A program made the position numbers and the translations under genes. From the NCBI GenBank assembly GCA_963769425.1, contig CAVYLP010000006.1, forward strand, positions 672,001-736,000: a DNA stretch of 64,000 nucleotides, in the 5' to 3' direction. This document shows positions 29,575-39,643 of the stretch, piece by piece (positions within the stretch are counted from its first letter, which is position 1; each line of letters opens with the position of its first letter). The DNA comes from Candidatus Bathyarchaeota archaeon (GTDB lineage: Archaea; Thermoproteota; Bathyarchaeia; TCS64). The notes below the pieces were generated by a model. The model saw only the letters and a list, made by a program, of their open reading frames with translations, made no database searches and was not told where the DNA came from.

Positions 29575-29727
29575 TGTGATGCCCCGAACCGAATCGGGGT
29601 CTCGGCGATTAAAATCCTTGGATTAGGGATCGACTCTTGTAAGCGACGGATGGTCGAGGTTTAGCAGGTCTGTTTTACGGATTGTGATATATTCGAACTT
29701 GAAGTTCAGTGTCTTTTCTCCGGATAT

Positions 29728-31071
29728 TCAGCTCCTCAATCCTTTGGCTACTTTGGAGAGGTAGTGGCCGCTGTCTTTGATGGTTCTCTTCTGGGTTTCG
29801 TAGTCGACGTGTATCACGCCGAAGCGTTTGCTGTAACCGTAGGCCCATTCGAAGTTGTCTAGTGTGCTCCATGCGAAGTATCCGCGCAGGGGTACCCCCT
29901 CCTTCATCGCTCTGTGAGCCTGCAGGATGTGTTCTTTTAGGTATGAGACGCGTTTCTCGTCGTGGACTTTTCCGTCGGGTGTTATCGTGTCAGGGAATGC
30001 TGCGCCGTTCTCTGTGACGTATATTCGAGAGACTGGGTAGTTGGCGTGGGTCCACTTTAGTATCTTGTAGATTCCCTCGGGGTGGACTTCCCAACCCATA
30101 TCCGTGTACACCCCCGGGGGGTTCACCCTCTTCATGTTGACTGGGGGCATGTCGGAGCCGGCGGCGACGACGCTTCTCCTGTAGTTGTTTATCCCTAGGA
30201 AGTCGATTTGCTCTTGGATCTGCTCCATGTCGCCCGGAAGGACCTCAGGCGCATCGCAGCCGTATAGCTTCGTCATCTCGGGTGGGTATCCTTCGCGGTA
30301 GAGGGCGTCCATGTACCACTTGTTCTGGCATAGTTCCCACCTATGCGCTGCTGCGATGTCTTCCGGTTTTCCGCTGGCGGGTTCGACCATGTTGAGGTGT
30401 AGGACTATACCGATCTCGGCGTCGTTTGTGTTGTCTCTGAGGGTCCTTACGGCGGCTCCGTGGGCCAGGAGGGCGTTGTGGCTAGCCTTCAGGGCGGCTT
30501 CGTTGCTGAGTCTTAGGCCGGGGGCGTCCTCGCCGGTGACGTAGCCTTGCCAGGCCATTTCCCAGGGCTCGTTGAGGGTGGCCCAGTGCTTGACTCTGTT
30601 GCCTAGTTCCACGCTCACGGCGTCTACGTATTCCTCGAAGTCGTCTACGATTCCTCGCCTAAGCCATCCACCCTCGTCTTGGAGGACCTGTGGTAGGTCG
30701 AAGTGGTAGAGGGTGACGAATGGGGTGATCTTCGCGTCGAGCAGTGAGTCGACGAGGTTGCTGTAGAACTGGAGCCCCTTGTTGTTTATCTTCCCCCTAC
30801 CCCTCGGGAGGACCCTCGACCAGGAGATGCTGAACCTGTAGGCGTTGACGCCTAGCCGCTTCATGAGTTCGACGTCCTCTTCGTAGTGGTGGTAGTGGTC
30901 GCAGGCCTTGTCGCCGTTGGTCCCGTCCTCGATCTTTCCGGGTGTGTGGCTGTAGGTGTCCCAGATGCTTGGGCCTCTACCGTCCTCGGCGACGGCGCCT
31001 TCTATCTGGTATGAGGCGCTCGCTGTACCGAGTAGGAATCCACGCGGGAAGGATAGTTTGGGGGTCTCCAT
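29728..31071 (-). CDS. Glycoside hydrolase family 1 beta-glucosidase
   Basis: ASYQIEG, YRFSISWSR, TLNEP (acid/base), VTENG (nucleophile) and DNFEW motifs. Confidence 0.95.
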   Translation of the reverse strand: METPKLSFPRGFLLGTASASYQIEGAVAEDGRGPSIWDTYSHTPGKIEDGTNGDKACDHYHHYEEDVELMKRLGVNAYRFSISWSRVLPRGRGKINNKGLQFYSNLVDSLLDAKITPFVTLYHFDLPQVLQDEGGWLRRGIVDDFEEYVDAVSVELGNRVKHWATLNEPWEMAWQGYVTGEDAPGLRLSNEAALKASHNALLAHGAAVRTLRDNTNDAEIGIVLHLNMVEPASGKPEDIAAAHRWELCQNKWYMDALYREGYPPEMTKLYGCDAPEVLPGDMEQIQEQIDFLGINNYRRSVVAAGSDMPPVNMKRVNPPGVYTDMGWEVHPEGIYKILKWTHANYPVSRIYVTENGAAFPDTITPDGKVHDEKRVSYLKEHILQAHRAMKEGVPLRGYFAWSTLDNFEWAYGYSKRFGVIHVDYETQKRTIKDSGHYLSKVAKGLRS

Positions 31072-31176
31072 GGTTAGTTCTCGGATCGGCGCTTTATTGC
31101 AGTTGCCCTCGGGGAGGGGTGCTGATTAACCTCTCTGATTAATAAATTACCCGCGCTTTGATCTATTCGTGATTTT

Positions 31177-32640
31177 ATGGTAGAAGAGAAGCGCATTGAG
31201 GAGACCCTAGACCCTAAGGATTGGGACGAGCTGAAGGTCCTCGGCCACAAGATGGTGGACGACATGATCGACCACCTCGCCACGGTTAGGCAGAGGCCCC
31301 CTGCGATACTCGTGAACGAGCAGATAGCCTCGGCTTTCATGAAGCCGATTCCGTTGGAGCCCGAGGGGATCGATAAGGCCTACGCGGACTTCAAGAAGGA
31401 TGTCTTGGACACTCATGGGGGGCTCAACACTCACCCCCGATTCTGGGGATGGGTCGTTGGTACGGGTACCGCTCAGGGGGCGCTAGCAGAGATGCTGGCG
31501 ACGGGCATTAACTTCAATATGCCTGGCGGCCCGTTTGCCCCCGTCCTTATGGAGACTCAGGTCCTTGAGTGGTTCAAGGGGATCTTCGGCTTCCCCAAGG
31601 GGGCGAGTGGATTACTGGTGGGTGGTGGGTCCGAGGCTAACCTCCTAGGCTTGGCAGTTGCACGTAACACGAAGGCTGGTTTTGACGTCAGGAAGCTAGG
31701 TCAGGGAGGCGCGAAAAAGAGGATGGTCCTTTACGGCTCCACTGAGACTCATGTCTGCATCGATAAGGGTGTTCAGTTGCTTGGCCTCGGTGAGGAGAGC
31801 TTCAGGAGGATACCCGTGGATGACGATTACCGCGTCAGAGTGGATCTACTGGAAGAGCAGATTAGGAAGGATAGGGCAGAGGGGCTTCAGCCATTCTGCA
31901 TCATTGGTAATGCTGGGACGACTAATACTGGGTCATTCGACGACTTGGAGGCGCTGGCGGACATCTGTAAGAAGGAGGACCTTTGGTTCCATATTGACGG
32001 CGCGTTCGGGGCCTGGGCCGCGATAGGTGGCTCCACGAAGCCTCTGGTTAAGGGCATCGATAGGGCTGACTCTCTGGCCTTCGACCTCCATAAGTGGATG
32101 TACATGCCCTTTGACGTGGCCTGCACCCTGATTCGCCGCGAGGAGGATCACTTCAAGACCTTCGCTGAGCATCCGGACTACTTCGGTAACGCCGCGACGA
32201 TGAAGCTAAGGACCGACTACGGTCTCCAGGTTAGCAGGTACTTCCGAAGTCTCAAGGTCTGGATGGGCCTCAAGGAGCATGGGTTGAACAAGTACGGGCG
32301 GCTGGTCCAGCAGAACTGTGACCAGGCCAAGTACTTCGAGGGGTTGGTTAGGGCGACTCCTGAACTTGAGCTACTTGCACCTGTTGCGTCTAACACGGTC
32401 TGCTTCAGGTACAGGGTACCCGGGTTACCCGATGAGGCGCTCAACGAGTTGAACTCGAACATGTCCAGGATGATCATGGGGATGGGCGCCGCGATGATCT
32501 CCGACACCAAACTGAAGGGGAAAGTCGCTTTGAGGGTCTGCGTGGTTAATCACCGGAGCAGACGAGAAGATTATGATCTCTTAGTTGTAAAGGTAAAAGA
32601 AGCAGGGTCTATGATGCTTCAGAAGATGGGTAAAGCATGA
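31177..32640 (+). CDS. Group II PLP-dependent amino-acid decarboxylase
   Basis: HPRFWG, GGSEAN, AGTTNTG.FD, HIDGAFG and DLHKW (PLP lysine) motifs. Confidence 0.92.
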   Translation: MVEEKRIEETLDPKDWDELKVLGHKMVDDMIDHLATVRQRPPAILVNEQIASAFMKPIPLEPEGIDKAYADFKKDVLDTHGGLNTHPRFWGWVVGTGTAQGALAEMLATGINFNMPGGPFAPVLMETQVLEWFKGIFGFPKGASGLLVGGGSEANLLGLAVARNTKAGFDVRKLGQGGAKKRMVLYGSTETHVCIDKGVQLLGLGEESFRRIPVDDDYRVRVDLLEEQIRKDRAEGLQPFCIIGNAGTTNTGSFDDLEALADICKKEDLWFHIDGAFGAWAAIGGSTKPLVKGIDRADSLAFDLHKWMYMPFDVACTLIRREEDHFKTFAEHPDYFGNAATMKLRTDYGLQVSRYFRSLKVWMGLKEHGLNKYGRLVQQNCDQAKYFEGLVRATPELELLAPVASNTVCFRYRVPGLPDEALNELNSNMSRMIMGMGAAMISDTKLKGKVALRVCVVNHRSRREDYDLLVVKVKEAGSMMLQKMGKA

Positions 32641-32828
32641 TCGTCAGCTTACCCCTTTTCTAGCTCGTCTAATGGTTTGTTGGAGATTCTGTGAGGTGAA
32701 AATGGGCTTTTTTCAAGTCTCCCTCGCGCAAGTAGCTAGTCATATTTGAAAAAAAAATTCAAACTTCTCAATCTAGTTTATTAGGGTAATATATGTAAAC
32801 TTGGCTTCCCACTGAAGAATCGGTTAGA

Positions 32829-33431
32829 ATGAAGTTCAACGGTGTGAACCACCTCGCACTCGTTACAGGCGATATGAACGCTACGATAAGGTTCTGGAGG
32901 GATCTTCTCGGCATGAGGCTCGTTGCGGGCTTAGGTGCCCCGGGGTACAGGCATTACTTCTTTGAGCTGTCAGAGACGGATCTCGTGGCATTCTTCGAGT
33001 GGCCCGGTGTGGAACCCCTAAAGGAAAAGGAGCACGGTAGACCCGTTAAAGGGCCCTTCGGGTTTGACCACGTCTCCTTTGGCGTGGAGTCCGAGGACGA
33101 CCTCTGGACGTTGAAGGACAGGATAGCGGTCGCGGGGCTTTGGGTCTCCGAGGTGATTGACCACGGCTTCATTCATTCCATCTACGCGTATGACCCGAAT
33201 GGTATTCCGATAGAGTTCAGCCACAACGTTGAGGGGGTCAATGTTAGGAAGACTCCTGCTATGAAGGATCTAGTACCAGTTGAATACGCGGAGGAAGGTC
33301 CTGAGCCAGTTCAGGCTAAATGGCCTGAAGTTGTTGAGGCTACTCCTAGGAGCGAGAGGGTTGTTTATCCGGGGGCGGGTAGTGAACTCTACCATTTCCT
33401 CAGACATGAAGCTGAGAAGAGTAAGGATTAA
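32829..33431 (+). CDS. VOC/glyoxalase family protein
   Basis: NHLAL, FDHVSF and SIYAYDPNGIPIE motifs. Confidence 0.88.
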   Translation: MKFNGVNHLALVTGDMNATIRFWRDLLGMRLVAGLGAPGYRHYFFELSETDLVAFFEWPGVEPLKEKEHGRPVKGPFGFDHVSFGVESEDDLWTLKDRIAVAGLWVSEVIDHGFIHSIYAYDPNGIPIEFSHNVEGVNVRKTPAMKDLVPVEYAEEGPEPVQAKWPEVVEATPRSERVVYPGAGSELYHFLRHEAEKSKD

Positions 33432-33499
33432 TCGTTTCTTTTCATGGATTTTGTGTTTATTGAACGATTTCATAAACTCGAACATGAATCATTGAGTTA

Positions 33500-34807
33500 G
33501 TGGGATCCTTGGAACGGCCTTTAGAGTATTCGATGAAGTTCGAGTCGAAGAGTCCCAATGGGGATTTATTAAGAACTGATGAGGGGAAGGTCCTACTCGA
33601 CGAACGTAATCTTACTTTAAATCCGCTTCATGGAGACTCTAACGTAATTCCATACTTTGAGATATTCCGGATAGATAATGAGGATTACAAGGTAAACCTT
33701 GACCTCGGTTTTGAACTAATCACGCTTAGCCAAATAGGATATGATTACGAAAATTTCCTGAAAAATTTGTATAAACTGCGTGGAGAACTCTTGCTACGCT
33801 ACCTGCTAATGAATGAGGGTTGTGTTGCTAAGGGTATTGATGCTCATTTTATCTACATTGACCCTAAGGGGGGGAGTCAGGAGGGTGAATGCGAGGTAAG
33901 GGTCTATGAATCCGCTGTAGTTGTCTTACCCGAGAAAGCGGATCCGATCCGTATCCCCCTTTGTTACATTAAAAATCATCAACGAGAGGACTACACTTTT
34001 TCAATATTTGCTGATGTCGATGAGAAGTTAAGATTATCCCAAATTGGGGAGAGGACGGACTTCTTCGATAGGAGCTTAACGAAAGTCCTCGCAGATGTTG
34101 CGGCCCGTTCACAAAGCCTACTTAGTAGCCTCGCGCCAAATATCAATCTCAACCTGATTATAAGGGCGGGGGGACTCATGGGTGATGGAAAGGCCGCCTC
34201 GGGTAAGGAGATCGAATCAATATCTCCTCAACTTTGGCTTTGCCTCGAGGAGAACCTGAAGCTGGTGGGTCTCACTGAGGAGTATGATTTCCTAAAAAAA
34301 CTTTCAAAGCCAGGAGTGGTGAGGATAGGCGTCAAAAGGGCGCTGATGGGGGATAAAACTGGGCAGTATGTCTGGTTCATGGCCCCCATCTACGATTCAG
34401 ATCCGGTTCAGCCTGGAAACGCTTTAGTGCTCGAGGCTGCATCAGACGAAGTCTCTGGTCGCGCTACATACGTTTTCAGAATGATGGATAGGCTTGAGTA
34501 TAGTCGCGGCGTATCTTTGACGAAACTCGAGGAAAATGTGGAAGCCTTTGTTAACCGGGTAAATCGTTGTTTAATTGAGATAAATTTCCGTCGAGAGCCC
34601 ATCTATCTACTTGATGATAAGCTTCGTGAGCCCGACAATGAGAGGTACCTCTACGCAGCTAACCGATTAGCGTCTCTTCAGCTCCTTCGTGAGAATTTCA
34701 TCGGTCGCGTATTTCACTCGTCGCCAGACAAGTGGAGAGGCGACTTGGCAGAGTTATTGAAGTTCAACGTAGAAAGTGTGAATAACGCGGATAAGTGGGG
34801 GAAATAG
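33500..34807 (+). CDS. Hypothetical protein, probable tandem PH-like beta domains plus conserved-looking C-terminal domain
   Basis: Long ORF with two similar beta-rich repeats, then RATYVFR, INFRREPIYL and FIGRVFH. Confidence 0.7.
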   Translation: MGSLERPLEYSMKFESKSPNGDLLRTDEGKVLLDERNLTLNPLHGDSNVIPYFEIFRIDNEDYKVNLDLGFELITLSQIGYDYENFLKNLYKLRGELLLRYLLMNEGCVAKGIDAHFIYIDPKGGSQEGECEVRVYESAVVVLPEKADPIRIPLCYIKNHQREDYTFSIFADVDEKLRLSQIGERTDFFDRSLTKVLADVAARSQSLLSSLAPNINLNLIIRAGGLMGDGKAASGKEIESISPQLWLCLEENLKLVGLTEEYDFLKKLSKPGVVRIGVKRALMGDKTGQYVWFMAPIYDSDPVQPGNALVLEAASDEVSGRATYVFRMMDRLEYSRGVSLTKLEENVEAFVNRVNRCLIEINFRREPIYLLDDKLREPDNERYLYAANRLASLQLLRENFIGRVFHSSPDKWRGDLAELLKFNVESVNNADKWGK

Positions 34808-34816
34808 TGATCCGGA

Positions 34817-35143
34817 ATGCCTGGCTACAAGCATCCCTGTCGATATTGTAATGCACTCGTTTCATCCGATGACAACGTGTGTCCAAACTGTGGCAAGGTG
34901 AACCCAACTGGTCCGCTCAGATGTCCAAAATGTAGGAACCCGATACAGGAGGGTCAGAAGTTGTGCAGTGGGTGCGGTCAGTCGCTGGAGGTTAAGTGTC
35001 CTAACTGCGGGGAGACCACCTTTTTCGGCGACTACTGCAAGTCGTGTGGAAAACGAATAACCGTAAAATGCGCTAAATGTGGTCAAGAACAACCTCCTAT
35101 AGGCAATAAATGTATTAAATGTGGGAAGCCACTCTATCGGTGA
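34817..35143 (+). CDS. Multi zinc-ribbon (DZR-type) protein
   Basis: Eight CxxC motifs in 108 aa. Confidence 0.8.
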   Translation: MPGYKHPCRYCNALVSSDDNVCPNCGKVNPTGPLRCPKCRNPIQEGQKLCSGCGQSLEVKCPNCGETTFFGDYCKSCGKRITVKCAKCGQEQPPIGNKCIKCGKPLYR

Positions 35144-35148
35144 TAATT

Positions 35149-35814
35149 ATGCCTATGCAAGCTTTTACCAGAAATTATGAGGATAATAGCACTGAGGCGG
35201 GTTTCCAGTTCACCTTCTACTGCGACCTGTGCAGTGATGGATACAAGACCAAGTTCATAGAGTCGAAGAGTAACAAGAAGGCCGGATTCTTCCGCGGTTT
35301 AGGAAGGGCCGTTTCCATCGGAGCCGATATTGTGGGTCAGGGTAACTTAGGGGGCCACTTTGAAAGTGGAACCGGAATTTTGAGCGAGAGGTTCCACGGC
35401 ATGTCCCCGGAGTGGCAGAAGGAGCACGAGGAGGCATTTGGGTTGGCTCAGAACGAGGCTAAGGGGCACTTCCAGCGCTGCCCCAAGTGTCGTAAATACG
35501 TCTGTGAAACTGACTGGAATGAGCAGGATGGGCTCTGCGTCGAGTGTGCCCCACGTGAAAACGTCGAGGTCACCGCAGCTAGGGCTGGCAAGATGGTTGA
35601 AGACATTAAGAAGAAGGCGGATGAAACCACCGTTTTCACGGGGGAGGTTGAGAGAAGGCAGACCCTCTGCCCCGAGTGTGGTAAGCCGTCAGGTGGCGGA
35701 AAATTCTGCAACAACTGCGGAGCCACCCTCGCACTCGCAAAATGCCCAAAGTGCGGTGCCAAGAACGTGGCTAACACGAAGTTCTGCGGCGAGTGCGGGA
35801 CGAAGCTAAATTAG
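35149..35814 (+). CDS. Zinc-ribbon protein with amphipathic insert
   Basis: GFQFTFYCDLC, CPKC...C...C..C and a C-terminal double zinc ribbon; ATG at 35149. Confidence 0.8.
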   Translation: MPMQAFTRNYEDNSTEAGFQFTFYCDLCSDGYKTKFIESKSNKKAGFFRGLGRAVSIGADIVGQGNLGGHFESGTGILSERFHGMSPEWQKEHEEAFGLAQNEAKGHFQRCPKCRKYVCETDWNEQDGLCVECAPRENVEVTAARAGKMVEDIKKKADETTVFTGEVERRQTLCPECGKPSGGGKFCNNCGATLALAKCPKCGAKNVANTKFCGECGTKLN

Positions 35815-35913
35815 TCGGTTCAAGCTTAAGCGCAACGTAATGAGAAGCTATTTTTCAGCTTTATTTGGATTCATTGTTTTAACTGCTAATCTGTTTACAT
35901 AATTAGATTCAAC

Positions 35914-37152
35914 TTGTCGACGAAGAAGGGGTTGCTAGATAGGGTCGAATCGGATAGGGAAACAATTGTCGGTTTTCTTCAAGGATTGATTGCGGCGAAG
36001 AGCCCCAACCCCCCTGGGGACACTAGAGAGGCGGCCTCGTATGTCGCCAAGTTCCTCGAGGAAAGAGGAATATCATTCAAAACGGTTGGGCCTGAAACAG
36101 AGAAGCCTAACATAGTTGCGAGTATGAATTTCAAAAAACCCGGTCGAAAACTAATCTTAAACGGACACATTGATGTCTTCCCCGTCGGAGACGGTGAAGG
36201 TTGGAAATACGATCCGTGGGGCGGCAAGCTCGTAGAAGGCCGAATCTACGGCAGGGGGGCTATCGATATGAAGGCTGGGACAACCGCCTCAATCTACACC
36301 TTCGCGCTCCTCTACGAGTTAAGAGAGGAACTATCTGGAAGCGTCACCCTCACGGTGGTGAGTGATGAAGAGTCTGGGGGTCGACTGGGTACCGGTTGGC
36401 TCGTGGAGAACCTCCCCGAGGTCAAGGGCGATTGTGTGATAAACGGGGAGCCTAGCAGCCCCTATACTCTTCGCTTCGGTGAGAAGGGGATACTCTGGCT
36501 TAGGGTCACTGTCCGTGCTCCAGGGGCTCACGGCGCATACACACATCTTAGCCCCAATCCAATCAAGATCGCGGCTAAGGTCATCTCGGATCTTGAGGAC
36601 CTGAAGGATATCCCTGTTCCGTATCCAGCGGACCTTGCAAAAGCTATAGCTGAGGGGCGTCAAGCCGCTGAGAAAGCTCTAGGTCCGGGTGGTGCTGATG
36701 TGATGTCTCGCGTCTCGGTCAACATAGGGGTGATCCACGGTGGCCTTAAGGTGAACATGATTCCGCGGGAGTGCGCATTCGAGGTCGACCTACGCCTTCC
36801 CCCAGGGTTGAGCAAGCAGGATGTTATGCCCTACGTCGAGCGGATTATCGCCCGTCACCCTGGAGCTGAGGTCGAGGAGGTCCGTTACGACGGTCCGCTA
36901 TGGAGTCCGCCCAATGGTGAGATGTCTGAGATAATTCGCGGAAACGCACGTCTCCTTGGCGTTGACCCTAAGCCGATTATCAGTCTCGGTGGCTCGGATC
37001 TGAAGTTCTGGCGTGAAATTGGTGTACCGAGTTACTATTATGGGCCGACAAACCACGGTATGGGAACTATCAATGAATATGTTGAGGTCGAAGAGTTGCT
37101 ACATATAGTGAAGGTTCATGTGCTCTCCGCGTACGAATACTTACAAAAATAG
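35914..37152 (+). CDS. M20 ArgE/DapE-family metallopeptidase
   Basis: NGHIDV, GRGAIDMKAG, DEESGG, GEP and H...NE motifs. Confidence 0.9.
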   Translation: MSTKKGLLDRVESDRETIVGFLQGLIAAKSPNPPGDTREAASYVAKFLEERGISFKTVGPETEKPNIVASMNFKKPGRKLILNGHIDVFPVGDGEGWKYDPWGGKLVEGRIYGRGAIDMKAGTTASIYTFALLYELREELSGSVTLTVVSDEESGGRLGTGWLVENLPEVKGDCVINGEPSSPYTLRFGEKGILWLRVTVRAPGAHGAYTHLSPNPIKIAAKVISDLEDLKDIPVPYPADLAKAIAEGRQAAEKALGPGGADVMSRVSVNIGVIHGGLKVNMIPRECAFEVDLRLPPGLSKQDVMPYVERIIARHPGAEVEEVRYDGPLWSPPNGEMSEIIRGNARLLGVDPKPIISLGGSDLKFWREIGVPSYYYGPTNHGMGTINEYVEVEELLHIVKVHVLSAYEYLQK

Positions 37153-37750
37153 CTGAATTTTTATAGTATAAACCCGAGATTATTGAAAATACTAGAGTTT
37201 AACTTATTGATTGTAAACGCTACCACTTAAGGGGAAAAAAATTAAAAAATTTTTAGAAAAACGATTTACATGCCCATTTTCCTATTTAGAGCTTAAAAAA
37301 GGGCTCCCTCGCGCGCTGTCTTGTCCATTTATCTTATAATACCGGTTTCAAATCGTCATAACCCCCTTAGCTGGCTAAGAGGATCTCCTGAACGTCCTCC
37401 CCGAGTTTATCCGCTCGTCAACCCGCTCGCTATGATTTTCCCTATAAGTGGTAACCACTAATAAGGTGTTCCGCGTGGACACCCTTCACACCGATGAATG
37501 AACACATCTAGACTGGTTTACGCCTTCGATTGAACGGCGCCCACCCACCCCCGTCTCCATTCACATCGTTCAATGAACCGCGATCCACGCCCTTCAATGA
37601 TTATTGAAGGCACACGGAATGCAACGGTTTTCAATAGATATTCAACGTTTTTCGACACGTTTCAGATGGTTCCGGCGACGCGTCCCCGACGACTACGCTA
37701 TATATACTGAATATGTGGAAGATATATGCAACGGGGTTTGGTGAGAGGAA

Positions 37751-39214
37751 CTATTGCTTTCTCTCCATTTTCCAAGTAGTGCCCTCAGCGTTATCAGCTA
37801 AGATTACTCCCAGGGCGACGAGTCTATTTCTTACATCGTCGGCACTCTTGTAATTTTTATCCTTCCTGTATTGGTTGCGGAGGTCGATTAGGGTTTTTAT
37901 AAGGTCCTCTGTCAGCTTGTCCGTTCCTCCACCCCTTTTTTCGAAGAGGCCTAGAGCGTCAAGGAGACCTCGGTAGATCATTTGTGCCCTCAGGGTTACG
38001 CCCTTGTTGGGGGTTGCTGTGAGGTACTCGTTAATGGCTCCGCTCATTGCATGGAGGGCGTCGATGGCTGTGTGGCTGTCCAGGTCGTCGTCCATCGCGT
38101 TTTCGAATGCTTCTCTGTGCTTCGCGACGTCGTCGAGGAGCTTGCGTTCGCGGGGTCCGAGGTCAAGGTTCGTGTCGGGTGCCTTCTTTGCCGCTTCGAG
38201 GAGGTCGAGGGTGTTCTCGAGTCTGTTGGCTGAGCCTTCGGCGCTCTTCATCGCGTCGTCTGTGTAGTCGAGGGGGCGGCGGTAGTGTGTGGCGAGGTAG
38301 AAGTATCTGAAGGCGTCTGGGCTGTACTTTGCCAGGACCTCTTCGAATCCTATGTAGTTGCCGAGGCTCTTGCTCATCTTTTTCCCGTTTATCATGAGGT
38401 GGCGGATGTGGACCCAGTAGCGTACGAATTGTTTCCCTGTTAGAGTCTCGCTTTGGGCGATTTCGTTGGTGTGGTGGGGGAAGACGAGGTCCTCTCCACC
38501 GGCGTGGATGTCGAGGGTATCACCTAGTAGGTCCCTTGTCATGACGCTGCACTCTATGTGCCAGCCTGGGCGTCCCTTCCCCCAGGGACTGTCCCATGCT
38601 AGTCCGGGCTCCTTTTCGCTTCTCTCGAGTTCCTCAGGTGTGCTCTTTTTCCATAGAGCGAAGTCTTGGGCTGATTCCTTGTCGTATTCGTCCTTTGACA
38701 TGCGCTCGGTTGTCTGGGCCTGGGTGAGGTCCATTCCGCTGAGGTTGCCATAGTTCGGGTACTTGTCGATGTCGAAGTATACTCCGTCCTCTGCGACGTA
38801 GGCTGCTCCTTTGTCGAGGAGTTTCTGGATGAAGGTGATCATTTGTGGGATGTACTCTGTCGCTCGTGGGTTAGCGGTGGCTCTCCGTATGTTGAGCAGG
38901 TCTAGTCCTCGAAGGAAGCTCCTCGTGTATCGCTGAGTGAATTGTCTGATGGGTTCGCCGGCCTTCGCCGAGTCGCGGATGGTCTTGTCGTCTATGTCCG
39001 TGACGTTCATGACCATAGTAACGTCTAGGCCGCGGTACTCGAGCCAGCGGCGGAGGAGGTCCGCGGAGACGAAGCTCCTGAAGTTACCAATGTGGGGGTC
39101 GCCGTAGACGGTTGGGCCACAGGCATACATCTTGACCTTCCCTGGTTCAAGCGGCTCGAAGAGGCGCTTCGAGCGGGTCATTGTGTCGTATAGATGGATA
39201 TCTGATTTGGTCAT
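37751..39214 (-). CDS. cysS: Cysteinyl-tRNA synthetase
   Basis: CGPTVY, HIGN, PGWHIEC, FPHH.NE and KMSKS motifs. Confidence 0.97.
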   Translation of the reverse strand: MTKSDIHLYDTMTRSKRLFEPLEPGKVKMYACGPTVYGDPHIGNFRSFVSADLLRRWLEYRGLDVTMVMNVTDIDDKTIRDSAKAGEPIRQFTQRYTRSFLRGLDLLNIRRATANPRATEYIPQMITFIQKLLDKGAAYVAEDGVYFDIDKYPNYGNLSGMDLTQAQTTERMSKDEYDKESAQDFALWKKSTPEELERSEKEPGLAWDSPWGKGRPGWHIECSVMTRDLLGDTLDIHAGGEDLVFPHHTNEIAQSETLTGKQFVRYWVHIRHLMINGKKMSKSLGNYIGFEEVLAKYSPDAFRYFYLATHYRRPLDYTDDAMKSAEGSANRLENTLDLLEAAKKAPDTNLDLGPRERKLLDDVAKHREAFENAMDDDLDSHTAIDALHAMSGAINEYLTATPNKGVTLRAQMIYRGLLDALGLFEKRGGGTDKLTEDLIKTLIDLRNQYRKDKNYKSADDVRNRLVALGVILADNAEGTTWKMERKQ

Positions 39215-39469
39215 ATGGTTCTCCTCCAGAATCTCGGCTCCGCTAGGTGGGTTACCATCTCTAGGCGTGGACTATCTGACACAATAGTCTCATTCTTCCC
39301 TTTCTAGCTGGTTGAGGTTGGTTGGGGGCGTTTATAAGGATTGAGGGTTTTCCCTTTGTTATCAGTGATATATTTTTACGAGAAAAAAGATCAGGACTGA
39401 AGAGAACTTTAAGCAGGTATTTTCCTTGCCCAACGAGACTATACACACACGCTTTTTCAGTGCGCCACG

Positions 39470-39643
39470 TTTATATGCGGCAGCCCCGGGTCTCTAGGAG
39501 AAGTGGAGTGAAATGAGGGATAGACTTCATCAGAGGCGCTCGCCTTCACGTTCAGTGAAGCCGACCTAGATTTACTCGAGCTGCTTTTAGTATATCCAGT
39601 GGGAGCTGGACTCCTCTTCTTCAACACCACGGAGATGAAATAA
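39470..39643 (+). promoter_or_regulatory. TATA box and structured 5' leader of the his operon (candidate cis-regulatory RNA)
   Basis: TTTATATG at 39470; 39498-39509 pairs with 39610-39621 (11 of 12) and encloses three hairpins. Confidence 0.5.

Noticed and set aside
39513-39569. Classical His-rich attenuator peptide
   Set aside because: The uORF has a single His codon and there is no hairpin-plus-U-tract terminator before hisG.
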